The position numbers and the translations under genes were made by a program. This document shows positions 22,067 through 30,183 of a stretch of 51,553 nucleotides of DNA, piece after piece. The notes below the pieces were generated by a model that saw only the letters and a list, made by a program, of their open reading frames with translations, made no database searches and had not been told where the DNA came from. The stretch lies in NCBI GenBank assembly GCA_041690355.1, contig JAWLHK010000004.1:248001-299553 (forward strand), written 5' to 3'. Source of the stretch: a bacterium (GTDB lineage Bacteria > J088 > JAWLBW01). The stretch's first letter is position 1. The number at the start of each line of letters is the position of its first letter.

Positions 22067-22122
22067 CCCCTCGGGGGACGACAGGGGGGCCTGAAGGAGC
22101 CGGCTGAAGTCCTGACCGCAGC

Positions 22123-22380
22123 TTACTTCGGTTCCTTCAGACTCGCGCCCTTGATCTTCAGGCACGCGTCCTTGTCCATCTTGACCCAGCCCTTACCCTT
22201 GCAGGCATTCAGGCCCATGCAACCGTGCGACTTGGTGGCGCACTCGGTTTTTCCCTTGCAGGAGTTGCCACCCCAGCATTGGACTTTTTCGCCGCCGGCA
22301 GCAGGCTTCTCGGCGGCTTGAGACGGGGCGGCAACGACGAGACCGGCCAGCGCGGCGGTCAACAGGGCAGACTTCTTCAT
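22123..22380 (-). CDS. Secreted Cys-rich RiPP precursor (bufferin BufA2-like), 85 aa
   Basis: Signal peptide MKKSALLTAALAGLVVAAPSQA; core CWGGNSCKGKTECATKSHGCMGLNACKGKGWVKMDKDAC with six Cys and two NxCKG motifs; GGAG RBS; 64 bp upstream of DUF692 once the IS is removed. Confidence 0.88.
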   Translation of the reverse strand: MKKSALLTAALAGLVVAAPSQAAEKPAAGGEKVQCWGGNSCKGKTECATKSHGCMGLNACKGKGWVKMDKDACLKIKGASLKEPK

Positions 22381-22473
22381 GCGGAAACACTCCAATCGCG
22401 CGGCCGTGGAAAAGGCCGCTGTTCAACATGGTACCGGACCAGCGCAGGGCATGGCGAACGCCGAGCGCGCTGC

Positions 22474-22500
22474 AAGGAAAGGCGCCCCCGGAGGGGCGCC
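22474..22500 (-). terminator. Putative terminator after yceI
   Basis: GGCGCCCC-N4-GGGGCGCC hairpin followed by TTTCCTT on the minus strand. Confidence 0.6.
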
Positions 22501-22522
22501 AGGCATCAGGAAAACGCGCGGC

Positions 22523-23113
22523 TTACTTCGCGGGCTTCGGATTCGCTTCGACAAAGAGCTCGATCTCGACGTCGTCACCCACGACAATGCTGCCGGTCTC
22601 GGTGATCTTGCTCCAGGCAATGCCGAAGTCCTTGCGGTTGACCTTCGTGGTGGCCTGGAAGGCGGCGGCATCGCGGCCGTAGGCGTCCTTGGTCATGCCG
22701 AGAAAGACGGCATCGAGGACGATGGGTTTCGTGACGCCGCGCATCGTCAGGTTGCCGTGAATCTTGAAGCCGCTCCCCTCCGAAACGACCTTCGTCGACT
22801 TGAAGATCAGCTTCGGGTGCTTCTCGACGAGAAAGAAGTCACCGCTGCGCAGGTGATCGTCGCGCTTCGCATTGTTCGTGTCGATGGAGGCAGCGTCGAT
22901 CTCAAACACGACCTTCGAGTTTTCGATCTTTTTGGCATCCCAGGTGAACTCGCCGGAGAACTTGTTGAACTGCCCGCGTACCTTGGCCAGCAGGTGGCGC
23001 ACGGTAAAGTTCACGTTCGTGTGCGCCGTATCCACGACGAAGTCCTGGGCCGAGGCGCTCCCGGCGAACAGCGCGACGCCGAGCAGGGCGCCGAGGATAG
23101 AATTCCTATTCAT
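22523..23113 (-). CDS. yceI: YceI-family periplasmic lipid/polyisoprenoid-binding protein
   Basis: Signal peptide; VDTAHTNVNFTVRHL, ASIDTNNAKRDDHLRSGDFF, GNLTMRGVTKPI, NRKDFGI. Confidence 0.93.
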   Translation of the reverse strand: MNRNSILGALLGVALFAGSASAQDFVVDTAHTNVNFTVRHLLAKVRGQFNKFSGEFTWDAKKIENSKVVFEIDAASIDTNNAKRDDHLRSGDFFLVEKHPKLIFKSTKVVSEGSGFKIHGNLTMRGVTKPIVLDAVFLGMTKDAYGRDAAAFQATTKVNRKDFGIAWSKITETGSIVVGDDVEIELFVEANPKPAK

Positions 23114-23277
23114 GGTTCTGGATTCCCTTCTTCTGTTTTCAGCGTCAAAAAAAGCCCCCCGTTCTGCGGGAGGCCGTACGGACAATTCCAATATCATGAG
23201 ACGCACGGGCGCGGCGAATCGTTCACGTCAGGCGGGCCGCGTCAGTCAAGAACAGCGGATCGCGTCAGTGAAGATGA

Positions 23278-23694
23278 TCAGCGGGAACCGTCTTCGGGCG
23301 GATAGACGGATAGATACTCGGCTTCGCGATTGGTCGGCCAGACGCCGGCGCGGTTCAGCTCCCATTCGGCATAGCGCGGGAGCGCGCCGTCGGTCCACGC
23401 GAAGCGCACCACGTACCGATCGATCGGCTGGGTCTCGGCATAGGCATACCATCCGTCGACGCGGACGGCCGCGGTCGCTTCGCCCATGTAGGTCTTGACG
23501 GCTTCGCGCACGGTGCGGAAATAGCCGTGGCCCGGCGTGAACAGGACGGCGCGGATCGCGCTCCGGCCCACGACCGACGTCTCGCGGGCGTATCCGCCGG
23601 GCGGCACGAACTCCCGTTGGGGGAGCGGGTCGCAGGCGAACAGGGCCGCCGCGAGGAAAAGCAGGGGTAACCAACGCACGGTATATGGTACCAC
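23278..23694 (-). CDS. Small hypothetical lipoprotein
   Basis: RWLPLLFLAAALFAC lipobox; follows the SDR gene by 18 bp. Start may be GTG 23679. Confidence 0.65.
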   Translation of the reverse strand: MVPYTVRWLPLLFLAAALFACDPLPQREFVPPGGYARETSVVGRSAIRAVLFTPGHGYFRTVREAVKTYMGEATAAVRVDGWYAYAETQPIDRYVVRFAWTDGALPRYAEWELNRAGVWPTNREAEYLSVYPPEDGSR

Positions 23695-23712
23695 CGTGCG
23701 AGGACCCGGAGA

Positions 23713-24564
23713 TCAGTCTTTGCGGTCGGGATCCAGGTAGCTCGCCGTCCGGGCACGGGCGGCATCGTCGCCGCCGAGGTAGTCGGGGATCTCCCAGATG
23801 TCGCCCCAGTTCTGGGCGCCGCCGTCGACGGCCAGGGTTTCGCCGCTGATGAAATCCGATGCGGGCGACACCATGAACGCTGTGGCCCAGGCGATCTCCT
23901 CCTCGGACCCGAGGCGCTTGGCGGGGATGGCGTGGCGGCTCGTCGCGACCAGCTCGGGCGGATACTGCTTCATGCCGGTGGACTGGATGGTGCCGGGGGC
24001 CACGGACGTAACCTGGATGTTGTACCTGGCCCACTCGGTGCCGAGGGTCTTGGTCATGTTGACGACGCCGGCGCGCGCGGCCCCCGTGTGCACCATGCCG
24101 GGGAACCCTTTCCACATGTTCGCCGTGATCGTGCAGATCTTGCCGCCGCCGTTTTCAATCATCCACTTGAGCGCCACGGCGCGCGTCATGTTCCACGTGC
24201 CGTTCAGGTTGTTGGTCACCACGGCGGCGAACCCGTTGGGCGAGATCATCTCGGCCGGCGAGGGGAACTGGCCGCCGGCATTGTTGATGAGGATATCGAT
24301 GCGTCCGTACTCCTTGAGCACGGCGTCGACGAAGGCGTCGACTTCGTCAGCCTTGCGGATGTCGCAGGTATGCACGAAGGTGGCAATGCCGCGCTCCTTC
24401 AGCTCGGCGGCGCCCGTCTGCAGCTTCTCGAGGTTGCGGCCCGAAATGGCGATCTTCGCGCCCAGGCGCCCGAGCTCGCGGGCGATGGCCAGACCGATAC
24501 CCGCGCCGCCGCCGGTGACGATGGCGACCTTGTCCTTGAACAGACCTTCAGCAAACACGTTCAC
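23713..24564 (-). CDS. SDR oxidoreductase (trans-2-enoyl-CoA / 2,4-dienoyl-CoA reductase-like)
   Basis: TGGGAGIG, NNAGGQF, HTGAARAGV, SGETLAVDGG; GGGGAG RBS. Confidence 0.9.
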   Translation of the reverse strand: MNVFAEGLFKDKVAIVTGGGAGIGLAIARELGRLGAKIAISGRNLEKLQTGAAELKERGIATFVHTCDIRKADEVDAFVDAVLKEYGRIDILINNAGGQFPSPAEMISPNGFAAVVTNNLNGTWNMTRAVALKWMIENGGGKICTITANMWKGFPGMVHTGAARAGVVNMTKTLGTEWARYNIQVTSVAPGTIQSTGMKQYPPELVATSRHAIPAKRLGSEEEIAWATAFMVSPASDFISGETLAVDGGAQNWGDIWEIPDYLGGDDAARARTASYLDPDRKD

Positions 24565-24670
24565 GGCAACTCCCCTTGCAGAAAGTGCTCATTGTATCCA
24601 ATGCGCTCCGGGGAGGCACGGGTGCGGAGATCAGAGTCCAGAGTCCAGAGTCGAGAGTCGAGGGCGGGTG

Positions 24671-25612
24671 TCAGCGGCCGGCGCGGCGTTCGCCGCGGCG
24701 TGGCCGCCGTCCCTCGTCCTCCGGCCTTACGTGCAGCGGGAGCTCCCGCTGGATGGGGGGAAGGAAGGCGTCTGCGTACTGGCGGGCAAAGCGCTCGAAG
24801 GGGCTGGGCCGGTGGTGGGTCAGATCGAGAACCGTTTCGGTGACGTGGGCGGCGCCGTTGTCGATGTGAAAGGCGGCGCGCTCGATGAGAAGCTCGGCGA
24901 GCCACGCCGGGACGCCCGCCTCGGCGTACCGGTCGATCATCTCTTCGGCACTGACCGCAACGTAATGGATCTCGCGCTGCAGCGTGGCCGAGAGCCTCCG
25001 GGCGACCTCTTCGGCCGTCAGCGCCTCTGGGCCCGTCAAGGTGTAGGCGTTACCCGCATGCGCTTCGGGGCGCAGCAGTACCTCGACGGCGGCAGCGGCG
25101 ACGTCGAGGGCGTGAATGTAACTGACGCGGGCATCCCCCTCGGCCAGGTAGAACTTCCCTTCACGCCGGATGCTCTCGCCATGCGTCATCGCGAACTTCT
25201 GCATGAAGCAATTCGGTCGCAGAAACGCGTGCGGAATGCCGGATTCCTCGATGTAGCGCTCAATCTCCCGGTGACGGCGCGCCATCTCGAACGACTCGGT
25301 GTCTGCGCCGAGCGTCGACTGCTTGACCAGAAACTGCACGCCCGCCCGGGCGGCGGCATTGACGATGTTTCGCGCCAGGCGTACCTGATCGGGGGCATCG
25401 GGCGTGACCTGATAGAGAAAGCGGCACCCCTCGAGGGCCATGTCGAGGGTCTCGGGCCGGTCGTAATCGACCACGACGTGCTGCGCTTCGGGAGCGGCGG
25501 CGAGAATTTCGCCCGGATGGTGGACGGCCGCCCGAACACGCGCGCCGCGAGCGAGCAGGCGGGCGACCAGTTCGGTTCCTACGGTCCCTGACGCGCCGGT
25601 GACGAGGATCAT
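24671..25612 (-). CDS. NmrA-family NAD(P)-binding protein
   Basis: MILVTGASGTVG, HREIE, LRPNCFMQ, YTLTGPEALT. Confidence 0.9.
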   Translation of the reverse strand: MILVTGASGTVGTELVARLLARGARVRAAVHHPGEILAAAPEAQHVVVDYDRPETLDMALEGCRFLYQVTPDAPDQVRLARNIVNAAARAGVQFLVKQSTLGADTESFEMARRHREIERYIEESGIPHAFLRPNCFMQKFAMTHGESIRREGKFYLAEGDARVSYIHALDVAAAAVEVLLRPEAHAGNAYTLTGPEALTAEEVARRLSATLQREIHYVAVSAEEMIDRYAEAGVPAWLAELLIERAAFHIDNGAAHVTETVLDLTHHRPSPFERFARQYADAFLPPIQRELPLHVRPEDEGRRPRRGERRAGR

Positions 25613-25810
25613 ACCGCCACCGTAGCACAGGCGGAATCGGGGCGGGAGCCTGGGGGCGCGTGCTCCGGAGGGCTCGCTTGAACCCTGCAGGCAAAGTGCT
25701 GGAATCCGTCGGAGCCCGGTCCGTGTCTCTTCACGGCCGCACGGGTCTCCGCGGATGCCTGACAAGGAGTCTACCCGGTCAACATTACCGGTTGATGACC
25801 AGTGAAAGTA

Positions 25811-25845
25811 TAAAAAATGGGGGAACGGAGCAGGTCCGTTCCCCC
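25811..25845 (-). terminator. Intrinsic terminator after the Ig-repeat lipoprotein
   Basis: GGGGGAACGGA-N5-TCCGTTCCCCC with a T run on the minus strand. Confidence 0.8.
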
Positions 25846-25866
25846 TTGGAAATGCCGGCGACTGGC

Positions 25867-28800
25867 TTACAGATCGCGTCCGATCTGCCAGCCCAGTGAG
25901 CTCGGATCGGCGTAGTAGTAGGTGCCGTCGGCGGACCAGTTCACGCCCACCAGCGCGTAGCCGGAGGAATAGGGTCCGAACTCAACGAGCCCTTCGGCGA
26001 CGAACGGATACCAGAGGCCGGTATCGATGCCGCTCAGCTTGCCGTACACCGTCTGGTTCAGGGCGGTGTTCGACCACTGGTCGAGCACGGTGATGCCGCC
26101 TATTTCGAGCCGGCCCCCCTGATAGTTCAGCAGCGAGACGTAGGCCGTCGTGGAGCTGAACTTGACCCAACCGGTGACCCGGGCGGCGAGGTTGGAGCTC
26201 TGCACCGAGCCGGTTGCTACCTGCCGGATCCCATAGTATCCACCGGAATAGGTGTCGAGCAGGACGCGGGTCGGACTCGTCCAGGTGCTCTCCACGTAGG
26301 CGGCGACGTCCAGCAGCGTACTGCTCGTCGCCGCAACGTCATACTGAGCGCCGTCCATGAACCAGAGCTGCGATTTGAACGTGCCGTTCTGCAGGGCCGG
26401 CATGCCGGTCACGGCACCGCTGAGGTCCGTGGGCGCCATGTCGACCTTCACATAGGGCCCCGTGACGCAGTTGCTGGCGTTATAGGTCGTGTTCACCGCG
26501 CAGACCGTCACGGTGTAGTTGTTGTTGAAGCTCTCGCCCTGCTGGTGCGCGACCGTGACTTCACCGTTCGCATCGACCGCGAAGACCATATCGTTCGAAG
26601 CCGTGTACGTGAACGATTCGGCGGTCGGACTGCCGGCATAGCCGTTGGAGACGGTCGCCAGAACCTGGAAGGTCGCACCGTCGGCATAGCGGGCCATGTA
26701 GGGTGCATACCCGGCCGACAGCTCGCTCACCGGATTGTACACGTACATGTTGCGCGTGACGGCACTGCCGCTCGTCTGCGGCGTCACGCGCAGCCGGTTC
26801 CAGTTCGTCCACGACGACGAGTTCGGCAGGTTGACCTTCGTGAACGTGACCGTGGCCGACGTCGCGTCGAGGGGCGAAATCGAGAGCTCGCCGTAGGTGC
26901 TGCCGACGTAGTCTGCGCTGAACGTGTAGCTCTGCGCCACCACGTCGTTCAGGTAGTTGCGCCCCTCGGCCCAGACCACGATCGTTTCGCCGGGCTGCAG
27001 ATAGGTCTTGCTAGACTGCGTGAACAGGCTGACGTTGGTCACGACAGACGGATCCTGCGCCGTCAGCGTGATCGCGCCGTACCGCGTGGGGCTGTTGCAC
27101 GTGCCGCCCACATAGGCGCGGAGGGTCGAATTGCCATTTCCGGTCGCCGTGGCCAACCCCGTTTCGTCAACCGTGAACGTGCTGCCGCTGTAGACGCACC
27201 AGGAGAAGCCGACCCCTTCGATCTGCGAACCCTGATAGTCGTAGGCCGTCGCCACGAGCTGCCGCGACCCGTCCTTGGCGACCGTGGTGCCGCTCGGCGC
27301 CGAGACGCCGATCGAGTTGACGTCGTTGGTGCCCCAGATCGTGAAGCTGAAGGTGCTCCCGTACTGCGTGCACTCCTCTTCCAGCGTCGTGTACTGCGCG
27401 GGGCAGAGCCAGGCGTTCACCGTAACCGATCCGCCCGTCGCAACACTCCCGGCCTGGAAGCTGATAGCGGTATACCCACCTGAGTAGCTGCGCGACACCT
27501 CGCTCAGCAGATCGGAGTTCGAGCTCGTGTAGACCAGGCGCGAACCGGGGTCAATCTGGTAGTAGCCTGCGTTGATGACGCTGGCATAACAGGTGCCCGC
27601 GTTGCCCGCATACAGAGTCGTTCCGCTGCAGTAGGCATACGAGATACTGGTCGGCTCGCCGGCGTCATAGACGTTGAACGTGATGTATGCCTGTGCGTCG
27701 TCGCCACCGGTCTGACTCGGAACGCTGGCGGTGAAGGCCCGCGCTCCCGTCCCGGTGAAGGTCACGACGCCGGACTCCGACATGGTGGCGCCTTCGGGCA
27801 CGGTCCACGTCGCGCTCACCAAGCCGAGGTACCGGCCGTTCAGATTGTAGCCGCGTACGCTGAGCGTCGGGGTCGCCGTCGAGGCGATATTGCGCGTACC
27901 GTGATTCTGAGCGTCGTCGCCGTCATAGCGGATCTTGATGCTCTGCAGGCGGTTATCCTGCGCGGTCACGTAGATGACGCCGGTTTTGCCGTTGGCGGTG
28001 GCGCGGATGTAGGTGGAACCCTCGGTTCCCCCGGCCGTCACGGTGGCGGTCGACGAGCTCCCTTCGACGCCGGCGACATTGTAGTTATCGCTCGACCACG
28101 AGAAGCTGACCCCGGGAATCTCTTCATTCCCGTAGTTATACGCCTTGGCGTTCAGCGCCAGCGACGAGGTCGCGTCGTTGGTCCGAACCAGCGTTCCGTT
28201 CGACGAGCTGACGACGACGTAGGAGATGTCGTTCTGGTCGAAAACCGTGAACGTGAGCTCGCGCGTGAGCGAACCGGCCACGGCGCGAATGGTCGTCGTG
28301 CCGGCAGCCGCCGGTGTTATCGTGGCCGTCTGCTGCTGCGCCGCGAGGGTGGCCACGTTCGTGTTCGTCGACGTCCAGGTGACCGTAGCGCCGCTGAGGT
28401 ACGTACCCGCGTAGTTGTAGGGATAGGCCGTGCAGCTCACCGCGTCTCCGCCGGCGACCGCCCGCGACTTCTGGCACGACAGGTACAGCGACGTCACCGC
28501 GTTCGGGTTGTAGACCGTGATGCTGCGGTCGGCATAGACGCCGCCTGAGACGGCTCGGATGGTCGCCGTACCGGCGGCCAGACCGTTCACGCGCCCCTGG
28601 CTGTTCACGGTGGCGAGGTTCGCGTTTCGCGACTGCCAGTCGACCGTCGCATTGTCGATGATCTCGTTGTACTGGTTGTAGACCGTCGCCGACAGCTGCA
28701 CGGAGCCGCCGGTCTGTACACTGCTGCCGCCCGTCACGTAGACGCGCGCCGGCTTGCGGTCGAACTCGCGCACGCCGACGGTGTAATTGGCGCTGGCTTC

Positions 28801-29979
28801 CTCGGCGCTCACGGTAATCTGGGTCTCGCCGGCGCCGGTTCCGCTGACCAGGCCCGATTCGCTGACGGTAGCCACGGCCGAATTGCCGGTCGTGTAGGTG
28901 AACTTCACGTTGCGCAGGGTCTCGCCGCAATTGTTCTTGGCCGACGGGTAAAGCTGCACGGTCTTGCCGACGCTGATCCGGCTCGCACTCGCATGAACGC
29001 TGACCTCCGAAACGGCACTCGAGCACTCGCGCCCTTCGCCATCATAGCGCCACCAGGAGCGGCTGCCTGACTTCCACAGCTGATAGTAATAGAGGCCCGG
29101 ACGCCCCGCCCGATCGGTCCACGCGTCGCCGGCGGGGTTCTGCCCCTGCGTCCACGCGGGACGTTCAGAGAACTCGGCTTTCGGGCCGCGGCCGTAGTAG
29201 TAGACGCCGTATTCGGCGCGCGGCTCCTGCGTGACCGTATAGCTGTAGTTGCTGTAGGCCTCGTACTTGCTCGTACCGTAGAGAAAGCGGAAGTCGGCCG
29301 CCGAGGCAACGAAGGTCTTCACGTCGGTCTGGCGTTCGTACTCGTAGAAGCCGTTGTAGGCCGTGCCGCCGTACTTGTCAGCCGACTCGGGGATCGCAAA
29401 GTGCCACTCGCCGCGCACGTGCTGGGCGCTGACTGCTTCGTTGCGCATCCACCAGGTCCAGCCGAGCAGGCCCGTATTGGCGTCGGTGGCCGTCCAGCCG
29501 CTCCAGATCGTACGCACGTTCGAGGGCCAGGCCTGCGTCAGGTCGGCAGCCGGATCGGTCTTGTACCAGAAGGTGTATCCGTTGTATTCCCGCTTGTACC
29601 AGCCGGTGGTGCCATCGGGGCCCGCTTCGTCGGCGGCGACGTAACCGGTGGACGTGACCATGATGCCCCCCCGCAGGCTGCGCGCCGTGCGGAACACGTG
29701 GGCGGGCTCGTACGCGCCGTCGCCGGCGCCCACGGCGGGCTGGTCCTTCTGCGGCGGGACGATCAGTTTGGCGTCGCCGGAAAGGGTGGAATTCAGATTC
29801 GAGAGCGTCTCGACGAGATTGGCCTGGATCTCGGCCTCGGCCTCTTTCGAGAGCTCGGCGGCGAGGGCGCCGGGAATGGTCACCGCGGCCGGCTTCGGCT
29901 GCGGGTCTTCGTTGGACGAACAGGCCGCAAGAAACACGCCTGCAATGCCGATCGCACGGATCAGATTACGAACCACCAT
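25867..29979 (-). CDS. Large lipoprotein with bacterial Ig-like (Big_2-type) repeats
   Basis: GGAGGAG RBS; lipobox FLAAC; repeated modules such as WQSRNANLATVNSQGRVNGLAAGTATIRA and YTTGNSAVATVSESGLVSGTGAGETQITV. Confidence 0.88.
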   Translation of the reverse strand: MVVRNLIRAIGIAGVFLAACSSNEDPQPKPAAVTIPGALAAELSKEAEAEIQANLVETLSNLNSTLSGDAKLIVPPQKDQPAVGAGDGAYEPAHVFRTARSLRGGIMVTSTGYVAADEAGPDGTTGWYKREYNGYTFWYKTDPAADLTQAWPSNVRTIWSGWTATDANTGLLGWTWWMRNEAVSAQHVRGEWHFAIPESADKYGGTAYNGFYEYERQTDVKTFVASAADFRFLYGTSKYEAYSNYSYTVTQEPRAEYGVYYYGRGPKAEFSERPAWTQGQNPAGDAWTDRAGRPGLYYYQLWKSGSRSWWRYDGEGRECSSAVSEVSVHASASRISVGKTVQLYPSAKNNCGETLRNVKFTYTTGNSAVATVSESGLVSGTGAGETQITVSAEEASANYTVGVREFDRKPARVYVTGGSSVQTGGSVQLSATVYNQYNEIIDNATVDWQSRNANLATVNSQGRVNGLAAGTATIRAVSGGVYADRSITVYNPNAVTSLYLSCQKSRAVAGGDAVSCTAYPYNYAGTYLSGATVTWTSTNTNVATLAAQQQTATITPAAAGTTTIRAVAGSLTRELTFTVFDQNDISYVVVSSSNGTLVRTNDATSSLALNAKAYNYGNEEIPGVSFSWSSDNYNVAGVEGSSSTATVTAGGTEGSTYIRATANGKTGVIYVTAQDNRLQSIKIRYDGDDAQNHGTRNIASTATPTLSVRGYNLNGRYLGLVSATWTVPEGATMSESGVVTFTGTGARAFTASVPSQTGGDDAQAYITFNVYDAGEPTSISYAYCSGTTLYAGNAGTCYASVINAGYYQIDPGSRLVYTSSNSDLLSEVSRSYSGGYTAISFQAGSVATGGSVTVNAWLCPAQYTTLEEECTQYGSTFSFTIWGTNDVNSIGVSAPSGTTVAKDGSRQLVATAYDYQGSQIEGVGFSWCVYSGSTFTVDETGLATATGNGNSTLRAYVGGTCNSPTRYGAITLTAQDPSVVTNVSLFTQSSKTYLQPGETIVVWAEGRNYLNDVVAQSYTFSADYVGSTYGELSISPLDATSATVTFTKVNLPNSSSWTNWNRLRVTPQTSGSAVTRNMYVYNPVSELSAGYAPYMARYADGATFQVLATVSNGYAGSPTAESFTYTASNDMVFAVDANGEVTVAHQQGESFNNNYTVTVCAVNTTYNASNCVTGPYVKVDMAPTDLSGAVTGMPALQNGTFKSQLWFMDGAQYDVAATSSTLLDVAAYVESTWTSPTRVLLDTYSGGYYGIRQVATGSVQSSNLAARVTGWVKFSSTTAYVSLLNYQGGRLEIGGITVLDQWSNTALNQTVYGKLSGIDTGLWYPFVAEGLVEFGPYSSGYALVGVNWSADGTYYYADPSSLGWQIGRDL

Positions 29980-30125
29980 GGACTCCTCCCACTCAATTTT
30001 CAGATAAGGGTGCTGCCGGAAAGATAGAAATCGAGTGCTTAGTATAGCGCAAATGACGCAGCCGGCCAAAGCGCTCGGCGGTCGGATCGTATATGTCCTG
30101 GCCGGTCGGCTGGAAGGGGGCAGGC

Positions 30126-30160
30126 AAAAAAAGGGGGAATCCCTTTCGGAATTCCCCCTT
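30126..30160 (-). terminator. Intrinsic terminator after nrdJ
   Basis: AAGGGGGAAT...ATTCCCCCTT hairpin with a T run on the minus strand. Confidence 0.8.
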
Positions 30161-30183
30161 CGGTAACCGTAATCAGAAACCGC

